A stretch of DNA of 63,457 nucleotides, counting the filler, from Octopus bimaculoides (lineage: Eukaryota), in the NCBI RefSeq assembly GCF_001194135.2. It is 6 parts of 4 records of this genome, joined end to end, with 100 filler letters (N's around TTAATTAATTAA, not from the genome) between each part and the next. Parts side by side here need not be neighbours in the genome. Positions count along the whole stretch, not along the records: positions 1 to 20,616 come from NC_068988.1; 5 more parts are not named here. One strand, given 5' to 3'. A program made the translations under genes and the position numbers. Below, in pieces: positions 1 through 13,195 of this stretch; position 1 is the stretch's first letter, and each line of letters opens with the position of its first letter. A model generated the notes under the pieces. The model did no database searches and was not told where the DNA came from. It was given only the letters and a program-made list of their open reading frames with translations.

Positions 1-235
1 ATGATATTTACTTTACTTTATATTATACTCATTTATTGTGCTTTTAATTATTAATTTTTCTATATGTGTTAGTGGATTTTCATCGATGAGTTCTTGAAAA
101 TTGGTTATTTTCCCTAAAACTATATATTTTATATATACTTTATCTATAAGGCTCAATTTAAGTTTAATTTTTTATAAATTGATTTTAATTGAGTTTTTTA
201 CCTGTAATTTTGGATTTTGTCCCTAATATTATTAT

Positions 236-272
<37 letters not shown>

Positions 273-799
273 AGAGTGGAATTGAAATTAATATTTGTGA
301 ATTAAATAGAGTTGCCCACGATTGTAAAGAAAAACTAAAAAAAACAGTGTTCTTCAGATTCTCTTTCATCTCATACGATTTTAAATTCGTCATATAGTCT
401 TTTATTAAAATGAAGGAAAATAATGAACGTCATATCATATTATCTACCTCAACATTCACGAAAATCTTTTGGTTTAATTTAGTTTAACGCTATGGTTCTT
501 TAATTGTCCTTTATTAACGAGTTCAAGTCGTGAAGCACATTTTGGCACATCGTTTATAGATTTCTATTGATGAATACGTTCCAAAGTATAGTCATGAGCT
601 TGGTACTAGTTATGTCTAAATATGTTTCCTCATTCGCTATTCATATGCAACACCCGCTATATAAATATATATATATATATAAGTCGGTAAATACGAACAC
701 CATCGCCACTTCAGTACGAAAAGTAACGTGCAACTTTCATATTTCAGTATATGAATAGTGATTCTATTCCCTCTGTATTTTCCACATTTTGAGTTGAGA

Positions 800-1705
800 C
801 TTTACATGGGAACGGTCTGGATCATGCAGCAATCCTGCTACATAAGAGTTTTGAAAATTACTCTGGACATACTGCAACTGCCACCACCGAAAAAAATATC
901 CAAGGTCTTCGCCACATGCTGATGGATGACAAGCAATTAAAAAATAAATAAAACATCGACTGTCATTAGCATATCCCGTGAGACAGCTGAGAATATTCTG
1001 CACAATGGAGTTGCCATCTCGAAGTTTTCTGATTGGTGGGTGCCATATATTCTTAATCCTGATTAAATACTAACCAGGCTGATCACGCGGAAATTTGATA
1101 TACTCCGAGGTATCTCCAGCTGGTCTCCTTCAACGTTTCAAAGAATGAGTCTTCATCACTGGGAGCCAGAGACATAGAGACAATCCACACAGTGAAAACA
1201 CCTCTCCCCATGCTCTAAAGAAAGTCGACGTCGTGCCATATGCAGTGTTTTTAATGCAAAATGCATTGCGTTTATTGTCACATCGTCAACAGAGCGTAAA
1301 ATGCCAACATGCCGATGAGTTACGTAAGGCTATGAACACCAAAGGCCCAGGTAAACTGACGAAGGGATTCTTGTTTCATCAGGACAATACTCCATCACAC
1401 ACGTCCTTTGTTTCAATCACTACTGTGCGTGACTCTTGTTTTGGACTGGTTCATCTCTATTCTTCTAATTTGGCTCTATTTGAATATCATCTGTTGCCCA
1501 AGATGAAAAGAAACTAGCACGAAAGCAATGATGAAGTCATGTTTGCTGTTGACATTCTTAACCAGTATCATGAAAACAACTTCGCCAGAGGAATCCAAAA
1601 ACTGCAACATCAATGGAAGAGGTGTTTGCACCATAAGGGAGACTATGTTGAAAGACAAACTTCAATTGGTCACATGAAATTATTTTGGTCAACCTATGAA
1701 CGGTT
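800..1705 (+). mobile_element. Decayed mariner (DD34D-type) transposase
   Basis: Hand translation with stops and frameshifts gives TATATTEKNI..MLMDDKQL..ISISRE..ENILHN..WWVPYILNPD (mariner WVPxxL motif), FLFHQDNTPSHTS and GIQKLQHQWKRCLHHKGDYVE. A right-end-like ttggtcaacctatgaac lies at ~1685; no matching left TIR was seen. Confidence 0.9.
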
Positions 1706-2354
1706 CCTAGGCTCTGGAATTGTGTCTCTTTGGTTGGTTGCTGGAGACCATATTAAGGCCCTAGAAAGGCAGATTTCACAATTTTATCAAATTTTTGCCC
1801 TCTATTGAGCACTTTGTATTTGGTGAATTGAAATACTAATTAACCTCATCACATCGATTGCAGAATACCTACTAGCTAATCATCAGATGAAAATATATAT
1901 CTTTTCTGTTTAGCTTCCACTTTTTAAAATGTTAAAGTTAAGACAAGATTTTCGCATTAGGGATATTGATATAATTTTTCACGCTGAATATAATTTTGTT
2001 ATTCACATGTGCCAGAAAAAGTTTAGAAAAATGTTGCATTTTAGAAAAATACTTTTTCCAATCAGAAAATAGGATTTGGAAGCTAACATTTTCTGCGTGA
2101 AGATAAAATTAAAGCAATGTGTTAGGACAACGAAAGTTGTATGAAGCTTTGAAGTTTGTGTAAGTTTTTCAATGAATAAAATCATGTGTAACGTTGAAAT
2201 AGGTAATATAAAAAAGAACAACTCCTCAATGATTTTTGTGTTTGTAAAAAAATTACTAGAAAGCAAACTATAATCTTTGAGTAATATTACTGTATTTCGT
2301 TCATCGTTCATGTAAACAATTAATAGCAATTTCTTTTTTAAATTATGAGGTACA

Positions 2355-2605
2355 CCAGAGTTAGAATTAGGTTGCGGTTATAGACAGGTGTTAGAGTTCA
2401 GATTTAGGGTTAGAGTTATGATTTAGGATATAGGGTTACAATTAAGATTTAGGGTTACCATTTAGGATTTGAATTAGGGTTTCGGGTTATGATGAAGGGT
2501 CACAATTAGGATTTAGGTTTATAGTTAGGACTTTGGGTCGACGTTGAGTTAGAGAATTAAGGTTTAAGGCTAGATGTATGGTCTAAAGTTGGCGTTTAGG
2601 GTCTT
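2355..2605 (+). repeat. Degenerate TTAGGG/TTTAGG-like (telomere-like) array
   Basis: Repeated ttaggg, tttagg, agggtt and ttagag variants across ~250 bp, with a strong G/T strand bias. Confidence 0.7.
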
Positions 2606-5600
2606 TCCTAGCAGTTGATGAGTAGGGTCAGTCAATTTCTAACCAGCTTTTAGAGGATATTCTTTTCTAAACCTTGTCTGGAACGAGTTTAAAACAATCA
2701 GATTTAGCATGAAAATTTACATCAACATGTCAAATTTGAAACTTTGCACTATTTTAAAAATTGCAAAAAACCGCGACAGAAAATATCTATTAGTTTTATG
2801 TCTTCTATATAATAAAACAAAACTTTGAATAAACATGTAAACAATTTAAAAAGGAAAAAAAAAGATCATTAGTGAAATCTTTTTGCGAAACGTACCATAA
2901 AGCAAACTGTAATAATAGCTCCGTTCACGTAAGCAATCAGTACGTTTATTGCAGCGAAAACCCACAAACGAAATATCAGAATATAGGCACGTAGTGGATG
3001 TAGAATATTAAGCAGATAACAGCTTGCCTTGTTAGTATGAGAATAGGCGTCAATGTGTCTGTGACTTACGATTGGCTAAAATTACCCAGAATTTGCAAAG
3101 TCTATAAGTTATTGACTTTCTATTTATTAATTCATGGTAAAAAAGTAATTTCATTTTCATAATTAGCATACAAATCTACATCAATACACCAAACTTGAAA
3201 TCAATAGGAAGAAAATGAAAGGAAGAGACCAGTCAAAGCCAAACAGAGTAGATCCAAATCTAAAACAGAATAGGAACAGTTACAAAAAATAACTTTTCGA
3301 GTAAATGCCACTCTCTCAGGATTTGCAATTCCAAAACCACAGTAGGTAGCTTCTCAATGTTCCTCGAATGGGAATTAATCCATAACCAAATTTAATGAAA
3401 TCTAACTGCTACTGCGCATAAAATTACTTATAATAGTTGTTAGTAGTTACTAAAAGTTCATATACATGAATCACCAAAAGTCATCATTGTTCAATATTCA
3501 AATGGTAATATATGCAACGATGCATCCATATGTTTTCTATTAGTAAAACTGGTATACATTTGTCCGTTAGGCATATTACATATAAGAAAATGGGCTCGAT
3601 AAGAATATACATAGAAACACGCACATATATCCATTCTGATAATATTACACATGTTTTACTTTTACGCATTTTTTCTGATATCCCCTATGTTTGAAAAGGC
3701 TAAAATGGGATTTCAATTTATTTCGAATGTGCCGCTGTGTAGATATTCCGTCCATTCATGTCTTACTATCCGTGTGACATGTTATTAAATAACACAACTT
3801 TGCGTAGCCCAACAGTGGATCTATTATGAATATTTTATTGTTTGTTGTTAATATTTGGAAATATCAGAAATTCAGTGTCTTTCGCTGATGAATGATTACT
3901 CTCATCATGCAGGTATTTAAATTTAAAGAGTTGCAAGTCGCTATACTAACATATCCACAATAGTATTTATGTATATCGAATTTATTTTATCACAGCTTTC
4001 TAGCGTCATATATCTTAACTCTATAATATATAGCAAAGATAGTATGCAAATCTTTGTCACACACTTGCTGAGACGTTTGCATTTATAATTATATTACAAA
4101 GCTAAAATTAATACTATACATGATGAAAATATCAAATTGTCTATAATATATAATATGAGTATTGGAAAGCGTATTGGTGTGTGAGGGAAATGTTCGGCTT
4201 CAGATATATCAATCTAATCCAGAAAAATGGCTTATCATGTGCACGATGTAACAGGCACTTATCTTTTTGCAGACAAAAAATGAGAAAGAAAACGAGAATC
4301 CCTATATGATAGCTATTTCTACACGATTAATGTTAAAACAATCAGCAACGTGAAATGGATCTAAGTCCCTCGGTATTCTGGTTAAGAAATTATAGTTTAC
4401 TTACCTAAGTGTATCTAACTAGAATTTAGATGAAAGTAGTAAACTGATCCAATTTACTCTAATGTTAGCGAATATCCTTATAAAAGAAAAGATGTTTTCC
4501 ACTTTTAAATTAGACTGCCATGTGACTGGGTAATTGCAACGAATATATTTTACAACGCAAAAGTAACAGATATCATTCTGAATGACATGAGGCGCCGTAT
4601 ATGAGAAAGCTGCCTATGAAAAAGTCTACCACAGGACACAAAACTACTATACAATATTGAAGTAGCATGTTTATGTATTTAAAACAAATTTCACTTACGG
4701 TAAGCTTGCAGCATATGTAGCGACATGTTATTGAGATAGTTTGGCCTTGAATATCCATTATCAGAAATTGAAGTGCCTCCCAATGCAATGATCACAAACA
4801 TATAAGTTTTGGTATGAAATTAAACTGTTCAAGGTTGTTGTATGGTTGCAAAACTGCATATTGTATATTCTCAACTTGATATTTTCTAATAACAACGTAA
4901 ATAACAGCACAGCGAAAGCAGACAAAAAGTGTCGCAAAAACATTTCAATATTTAATTGAAGCTTTTCAGAACATTTCTATGCTATCGTGCTGAATCCCTA
5001 TACGTTGCGTTTTGTTATGATTAATACATATTAAATGATGATATGCAATCACTTATAATTTCATTTATTCAACTCATACATTTTATGAATTTGTTCATTG
5101 TCTCGTTTTTATAGAAACAGAAAACTTTTCAGAAAATCAACGCAAAAATTGCAAATTTATCGTTTTATTTGATTTAACTGTTTTCATAGAAATACTTTGT
5201 GCAAATTGAACATAAAATCTGTAGTTTCTCTAATATGTCTCATGATAAAGCGATTTATCTGAAAATGGTTCAGCAAAACAAATATGAAATTAATGTAGAT
5301 ATCCTCCAAAATCCTAAGAAATATGTAGAAAAATATCAGCCTTAGGTGAAGATGCATTATATAAAAGACTAAATGTCAAAAACAAAATTATATTAGAAAA
5401 TAACGATATCACTCAGAAAAAATAACCGTTTTCAGAACAGTACCAAATATTTCTAAGTGACACAACTAGGAATTCAGAGAAACAAAACATGTTATTCAGT
5501 TTTCTCACCTTTAGTAGCTGCATGATCACATTACGTTTAACAAGACGTCAAATATATAGAATACTTATTTAGTAATCCAGTAATGAATAGAGACTCACTA

Positions 5601-5956
5601 AAGTGGTAACTGTAAAATTGCATTATTTAGGAGTAGTAGGAAAACATGAGGATGGACATCATCGTTGGTAACAACTGAGGAAGCAACACTGCATGCGCTT
5701 CACATAAGGGTCATATTTTCATTGGCTCCAAATTATTCTTCAGTATATCTATTATATAGCGGTACTGAGATTAATTTCAACAAAAGTGTTTCTGACTTCA
5801 GGAATATATAATAGAACAGAAAAAAAATCGACTGAAACAAAAATGAACTACTTACAACTGGAATTTATATACAAGAAAGTACCACTGATTTGACGAGAAA
5901 ATTTTCGAGCTAGAAAAATACACCGGATTACGAACATAATTCATTTCACTAACTGT

Positions 5957-6217
5957 TGTAACGAGAGTTGCGACGCCATTTTTCTAGAGATTGACTGGTC
6001 CGAGTAAAGTATCAATAGTACCGATCCGAGTCAGTTCAACTGTTTAGCGGTTGGTATCAAGTGAAATTTGTGTTAGTTTTCAATGAAGTCGTAAGGTGTC
6101 GGTTGGTTCGTACACAAGGAATATTGATTGTTGGTTTGTAAAGAGATTTGTCAATTCATTACATTTTTTTACTGTTATCTGGTTATCTTATTTATTGTAC
6201 TAACAATTTACGTTACA
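5957..6217 (+). mobile_element. Probable 5' LTR of a Ty3/Gypsy retrotransposon
   Basis: TG...CA ends with a 9-bp terminal inverted repeat (gttgtaacg 5955-5963 / cgttacaac 6211-6219). It is followed by a degenerate PBS-like tttcgacgcgg and then gag-like coding sequence. Confidence 0.65.
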
Positions 6218-6289
6218 ACCTCTTTCGACGCGGTTATTGAAGCTCACTTAGGCTATTTAAAAAATTGTTCGTGATACTTGTTAAATGAT

Positions 6290-6900
6290 AGAAGACCTAT
6301 TAGCTTCCGTAGTACAGTTGCAAAAACAACAAGAGTTACAGAAGCAAATATTACAGCAACAAGTACAACAGTAATTATTGGAGCTATATTCAAAGAAGTC
6401 CAAAATTGAGGTGAGTTCGTTTTCGCCAGAAGGCGTTTCGAACACGATTAATGAATTCAGACATAATCAAGTGAAGGATAGAACTTTTGCATCGCACTAC
6501 AGAAGGAGCGAGGAGATTTTAAAGCCAGATTGCAAATCATTGTCGGACAAACAAAAAGTGAGATTGTTATTGCGAAAATTTTCTCCGTTAGAGCCTGAAC
6601 GTTACTGTAATTTAATATTGCCCCAAAATCCCAATGAAATTACTTTTAAAGAAACAATAGAATAACCGTCAAACCCATTCGGTGATAGAACCTCTCTATT
6701 TAACATTCGAATGGAGTGTTGGAATATAACGAAGAAAGAGTATGATGACTTTATCACGTATGCAGGAACAGTCAACAAAATGTGTGAAAGTTTCAAACTC
6801 AAAGAACTTCCACCTGAGATATTCAAGTGCCTTATTTTCCTACAAGACCTTACAGCAAGCGGAGATACAGAAATTCGGGCAAGAATTATTTTATTTCTAA
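6290..6900 (+). mobile_element. Ty3/Gypsy (K02A2.6-like) gag remnant
   Basis: QKQQELQKQ.. followed by LSDKQKVRLLLRKF..YCNLILPQNPNEITFKETIE*..FGDRTSLFNIRMECWNITKKEYDDFITYAGTVNKMCESFKL..FKCLIFLQ..EIRARI. It contains an in-frame stop and is truncated before pol. Confidence 0.8.
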
Positions 6901-7019
6901 ATTGGAACAACCTTAAAGTTCGTGGCAGAAGAATGGTAAAGCTGTAACACCATATAGAAGAAATTCAAAAAAAGGATTCCTCAAAAATACAGATATGATG
7001 CGACATTTAAAGGCATTTG

Positions 7020-8640
7020 GATCGATGTTAAGCTTCTGTCGTCTTGTTTACGTTTTCGGTAGACAAGGTCTTATGTAGAAATGATGTGTGCTTGTTAATA
7101 ATTTTCGGGTTTTCCGATCAATGGCTCGAATCTCATCAAGCGTCTAATCAAGCATATCAAATGTTGGTATGAGTACTGGCACTACAAACACATTTTGGGC
7201 CACTATTTATTGAATGCAGAAAGTTCTGAGGTTCAATTTTTTTTATTCTGTTGTAATGACACGTGTTTTGTGACAGGGTCATTGTAAGCTCTATATTTCA
7301 TCCACCTCTAGATACCTGTAACATTCCTTGTCAGATAAAGGTGTAATATTCAAACCATATAACAACATTTATCCTGACCAATCTCCAAATCTATATCCTT
7401 TGAGAATGTTGTTACAAGGTCAAAGTTCTATTTCATCTCAGGCATATTCTTTGCATAAAGTTTTAAGCCATCTACAAAGAAACAGCGTGTAATTTTGGTA
7501 TTTCTGTTCCCTTGTAAACCAATGAGATATCATTCAGACTTCCTTAACATGAATGACAAGGGGTTTACAGACGGTATAAACAACATCACAGAGAGGCTGT
7601 CTTCTTGGAATATGCCTTTTGTATTCTAGCGGTGATTGTATTCTAGCGCTGATTGTATTCTAGCGGTGATAATACAGTCACGCTTTGCGTTTAATTTCAA
7701 CTTGGCGGTCCACGATGAAGTCATGTCAGCTATGGGAGATCATTTTTTGTCTCTGAAGAGCTAGCAAACGTGGTACGTTATTGTTCCCAATGAAAGCTTG
7801 CTGGTATAGTTCGATAAGATATGGTCGGTAGAATGATAGCTTCTTGTACCAATATGCAACAATCAATTCTCTTCCAGGTGCTTTTTCCTCCTGGAGACCC
7901 TGGATCACAGTTGCAAGAGCTTCACCATCAATGTTCTATGTCATGGATATAACGCACGAGCAATAACGTTTTCGGATTTCTTCCAGCCACAGAGCATCTT
8001 GGTTAAATTCCTTCTCTTCGCTCCAGACTTTTCCTCCGGAAGGAGTCTATGTTTTCTCGTGAAGGAGCTTCCAAGATATTTATTGCTCCTCGTCACATGT
8101 CTCTGTATACTGCTGCCTGGTTGGTGTTAACTTTTTTGTTTATTGTTCTCTTGGTTACTCTATTCTAACGTCGGAGTTTTTCATTGACAGCTTTTAGATC
8201 CTGCTTTAGTGTGTAATCAGTTTGCAAGTGAGTGTCCCCGTTTTCGCTGTCTCGAAATATCATTTCTGTCTCCTTTACTCCCTGTCGATGGGACATATAC
8301 TGATTTGCTTTTTGCATGCAGTAAGCATCATTACATGACTGATGGTCTTCCTAAAACCAAATATCTTTTTCTCTGTCTTCAAAACCCATGATGATACTTT
8401 GTTACTTCGGTTTTGTTTACTTTTTGAATATCATTCGTGTACTATTTCACAGTAGTAACCAGCGCATATAGACAGGTGTTTATCTGTCTGTAAGTGGGTT
8501 CATCACATTGTTGGAAATATTCATCACCAATTTCGTTAACAGCTTTTAATACCGTATCTGGTAGTCTCTTTTTTTACTTACTCCCCGAGAGAGTCCTTCA
8601 AAGCCAAATTTTTTCTCCGAAAATTTTAGTAAGGACACAT
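7020..8640 (-). mobile_element. Decayed R4/Dong-like non-LTR retrotransposon (RT region)
   Basis: Minus-strand motifs: VWSEEKEFNQDALWLEEI, KAPGRELIVAYWYKKL, KGIFQEDSL (7590-7620), FFVDGLKLYAK (YMDD equivalent, ~7449-7482), FSKDIDLEIGQDKC and AVPVL..IDRKTRKLLT. Confidence 0.85.
7621..7670 (+). repeat. 17-bp tandem repeat x3 inside the R4 RT
   Basis: gtattctagcg(g/c)tgatt occurs three times. Confidence 0.9.
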
Positions 8641-8660
8641 TTCACTGGCATATAATCCTG

Positions 8661-8701
<41 letters not shown>

Positions 8702-9475
8702 AGAAATCCTTGCGGTTGTGCCTGCTATTTACGATGGTCGTAGTAGGGGGACCGTGGTCAGTTGCTTGAACCAATCATGTAGTTTTGCTGGCAGTCACTA
8801 TGGAACCTGCTCACTGCGAAACCAAATTGTGGTCTTATATCATTCACGCTTTCGTTTTTTGTTTATAGAGTTGGGAAGAAGGTATGTATGTATGTATGTA
8901 TGTATGTATGTATGTATGTATGTATGTATTATGTATGTATTTATGTATGTATGTAGAAATGTAACTGTGTGTCTGTGTGTGGGTTCGTGCGTGTATGGTT
9001 TTGTGTGCGTGCTCTTGTCAGTAGGTGAATAAAAACATAAGGAAGACACCGTAAGATAGCCCGAATCAGTAACCATGACCATCTGCATATTTCAGATAGA
9101 CATGCATGAGCATAATATTTACTATTTTAAGAGCAAACATATTTAGACTACATCATTAAAGAGGGAAACAGAACTACCGTATTAAAATGAAATCCGTTAC
9201 GTACAAATTGACATCACTCCAAATACATGGTGGGGAAAGCTGAATATGTTACTGTAAATATACTAAATTAGTTTATTTCCTTTCAGTTAAATTTCAATTT
9301 GATTACATGGCATGCAATTAGATTACACGTAACTACAGTGAATAAATGTGAAGAGACCAAGAACATCTGTGTCCATTTATACAAAACTGTGTATGTAATT
9401 ATGTACATATACACGACAAAATATCTATCTATTTATCTATCTATCTATCCATCTATCTATCTATCTACCTATCTT

Positions 9476-9508
<33 letters not shown>

Positions 9509-9974
9509 TTTCTCTCAGTTTCTGTTTAATTATCTATCTATCTATCCGCCTGTCTAGCTGTATGTCTACCTATATTTCTGTCTGCTCCTCTATCTATAGT
9601 TCTATCAATATACACAGAATTATATACACAGAATTATATACACAGACACATATATTTACATAATATATTATTAAAAAAATATAAATAATGTATGTATATG
9701 TATATACAAGCGGGCATATTTTGTATAATTCCTTCCCCAATTTTGAGCTTTAATCCGTCTTATGTTCAGACATGTTTCCTTTTCTTTAGTATCAATCAGA
9801 ATGTCGAAGTTAGATGCTTAGCAGAAACCCCCTGCCACACACATAGATATATATATATATATATATACATGTATATACATACATACATATATATTTTGAT
9901 AGATTTCGGCCAGCATTGGCCCAGGATATGTCTACCTTAATAGCACTACATGGTAAAGTCATTAAATCAGGAAT

Positions 9975-12800
9975 CAGACAACGTGTCCCCCCCCCCCCCG
10001 AGGAAAGAGTTATTGTTTAAGGGGACATATCCAGGTGTAACAGGTTTATTCGAGACTTGTGAAGGAATTTCTCCAAAGACTTGAAGTTTATGGGGTCTGT
10101 GTCTGCTTTAATGTGTTTTGGTGTAATGTTAAAGCGAGCGGGACCAATTGAGGTGAAGAAAGTGTGCCGTATTGTTGTCATGTGATGCCAGTAGGATTTA
10201 TGTAGTGGGCGGATAGCACGGAGTCCAAGTCTTAGGTGTATCTTAAAGGTGATGCCAATATCACTTGAGCAATACTGATAGAATATTTTCCACATCGTTC
10301 AGATAACGTAGCGCTCACGGCGGCGTTGGAGATAATAATGCTTGAACTTTTCTAGTCGACTCCAGTAGTCAAGGCCCGTTATGCCGTATATCTGTTTTGT
10401 AATTGACCTCTAAGGTGCTTCAGTTTTCATGATAGTTTGTATAATGTAGGGAGACCACAATGGACAACAGTATTCAAGGTAGGGTCGAGAAAAAGTAGAG
10501 AATAGAAGGAAAATGGTTTGGATATCTCTCGACTGGAAACTTCTGAAAATCCAGGAGTACATTTTGCGCGCCATGACAAGTTTACTGATTATATGAGACG
10601 CCCAGCTTATGTTGTAATCTACAATTACTCCCAAATCTCTGATGTTGGTTGCCATGAAAGTTTCCCATGAAGGAAGGGAGTATGGGAGTTTCAGGTATCC
10701 TCTTTTCCGAAGTGGATCAACTCAAATTTGTCCTCCTTCAGCAGCATATTATTATTTTCCGCCCATTGGATGACAGCTAGCAGATTTAAATGAAGGCATG
10801 CAACGTCACCCACTTCATTAATGACAATCTGGATATTGGAATCAGCTGCAAAGGTTCTTATGCTACTGTGCTTAATGATGTCGTTAATGTCATTTATAAA
10901 GATGATGAAAAGTGGGCCCAACACAGTACGTTTTGGGACATTACTACCGACTTTGGCTGAGCATGAATTTACTCCTTCGATAACAACGTGTTGCATTCAG
11001 CCTTACTGGAAACACGTCATCCATTATAGTAAATTTCCAGACATGCAAATGCTGGATAGTTTTTTGAAGAAGATCTTACGGCCCACCCTGTCAAAGACCT
11101 TGTTGATATCAAGGTAGATGACATCAGTAGTTGAGTCCTCTCCCAAAGATCTTAAAATGTCATCAATGTGACGCAGGAGTTGCTTAGGCAGTTGCTTTCA
11201 TTACGGAATCCAGGTTGATTGGGGTTTGTTAGTCTGTTGCTTGCAAGAAGGTGGTTTATCCGTGATCACACCATCCTCTCAAATACCTTGATGATATGAG
11301 ATGTGAGCGAGGTCAGCCGGTAGTTTACTGCAAGGGACTTGTTTCCCTTTTTGAAAACTGGGAAAATACTCTGAGAAAGAATGCTCTCAGCAATATAATC
11401 AACATCCAGTGACTTTTCCACAGATTAGCAAGAGGAGATGCAAGTTGGTTTCAACACACCTTCGTGACACAAGCAGGGAACCTATCAAGCCAACTGCTGA
11501 ATTGCTTTTAATTTCGTTTATTGCCGCTAAGACATCGAGAGAGCCATCCTTTATGCCCTATATAGTGTGTTTAAGATTAACATCACTGATACAGTCCAGA
11601 TCGGCCGCATCAGGATTGCTAATAATAGAGAAATACTGTTTCTGCAGTTTCTCATTCATGGTTTTGGCATTATCTTGGAGATTGCCATTTTCTATCAATT
11701 AGAGGGACAACAATGGAGACAGTGACATTGTGTTTCTTTTTCACAACGCTTTGGGGTTGAGTTTGATTTTCTCAACGACCCGTTTCTCCACAGCTGCTCT
11801 TTCGTGATTGATAATGGTCTTCATGCATTGTTGAGGGTATAGTTTTTTTTCATTCGAGCAGAGTTGTATCCGTCGAATTTATGTGTGGCTGTTGGCAGTA
11901 TTTTAGTTTGTTAATTTTTTTGTTTGTTCTTTTTATTTTTCTGATAATCGTTTTTTCTATTTTGGGGAATTCTGCACTTAGTTTTCTTTACAGGTCTTTG
12001 TGGGATGTGTTTAGCACGTATGTTTGTCACCGTATCTAAAACGATCTAAGATATTTTCATGCTGGAGGAGGTGTGTGCATGTGGGAAAGACCAATCAACA
12101 TGTGATAGATCACTTATGACTGCTTCCCAATCGGTATCAAATGGGTGGGCGGGAGAGAGGTCACTACTCTTAGCTTTCGGCTGGTGGAATCGCAGGTTAC
12201 AAAAAACAATGTCATGGTTTGAAAGAAGGGTCTTTTTTCCACTAAAATATTGTGTATTGTGTTAGTGTGTTTACCAAACACAAGGTCTAAAGTGTTCTGA
12301 TATCTTGGTGCAAGGACACATTGGGACAAGATAAGCTCATTCATAAATTCGGGAAGTGATTCTACTGCTTCTTTGTCTGCAGTTGAGTTCGGAGTGTCTG
12401 ATTTCAAACTGTTTGTAGACCACTCAACACAGTTTAAAATCTCTCATCATAATTATGTTATTAGAATGGCACTGTTAAATAAAGCGCTTAATGCTGTTCA
12501 GGCATTCATTAAAGCACTGTATGGGTTTTCGAGATGACTTATACAGCCCAACTACCAGGTCATCGGTTTTATTGTGCACGGTAACCGATTTACTGTAGCC
12601 ATTAGAGAATGTCATTTTTCCATCTGCCGAAAAAGAATCATGCAAAAAAAATGGCATTTCCACTCTTTCTTCAGTCGACTCGATCTGCGCAGATGGCTGT
12701 GAAATTCCTCACTTTCACTTCGGTTTCCAAGTGGGAGTTGTCAAGCATTACTGTGGTAGGCAGTGGTTTGGCCGTGCTTTGTGTATTGGCTTGGAGTCAC
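9975..12800 (-). mobile_element. Decayed CR1/Jockey-clade LINE ORF2 (APE endonuclease + RT + 3' region)
   Basis: Endonuclease: THLETEV..ADR..RKSG, FSNGY..VGLY, PRYQNTLDLVF. RT: VPKRTVLGPLFIIFINDI, TFAADS, QWAENNNMLLKEDKFELIHFG, DLGVIVD, RPYLEYCCPLWSP. Many stops and frameshifts. Confidence 0.92.
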
Positions 12801-12866
12801 ATTTACAGATATACATATCTGTATATACATCCATACACACACACATATATTTATATGTATACATAT

Positions 12867-12922
<56 letters not shown>

Positions 12923-13164
12923 ATACATATATATTTGTACACACATATATATAGACATACATAAATATATATGCATATATATATTATATATTATATTATA
13001 TATATATATGTATATATAGAATGTTCTCTATGTGGATTTTGTGTTTTCTCGTCTACGTTTTGTTTGCAATGTCCTGTACCCAGATATGCACCTATACATA
13101 CAGGTGGATGTCGGTATGCAGATACCTGTACGTATATATGCATATACTCATTTACTATTTGCTG

Positions 13165-13195
<31 letters not shown>

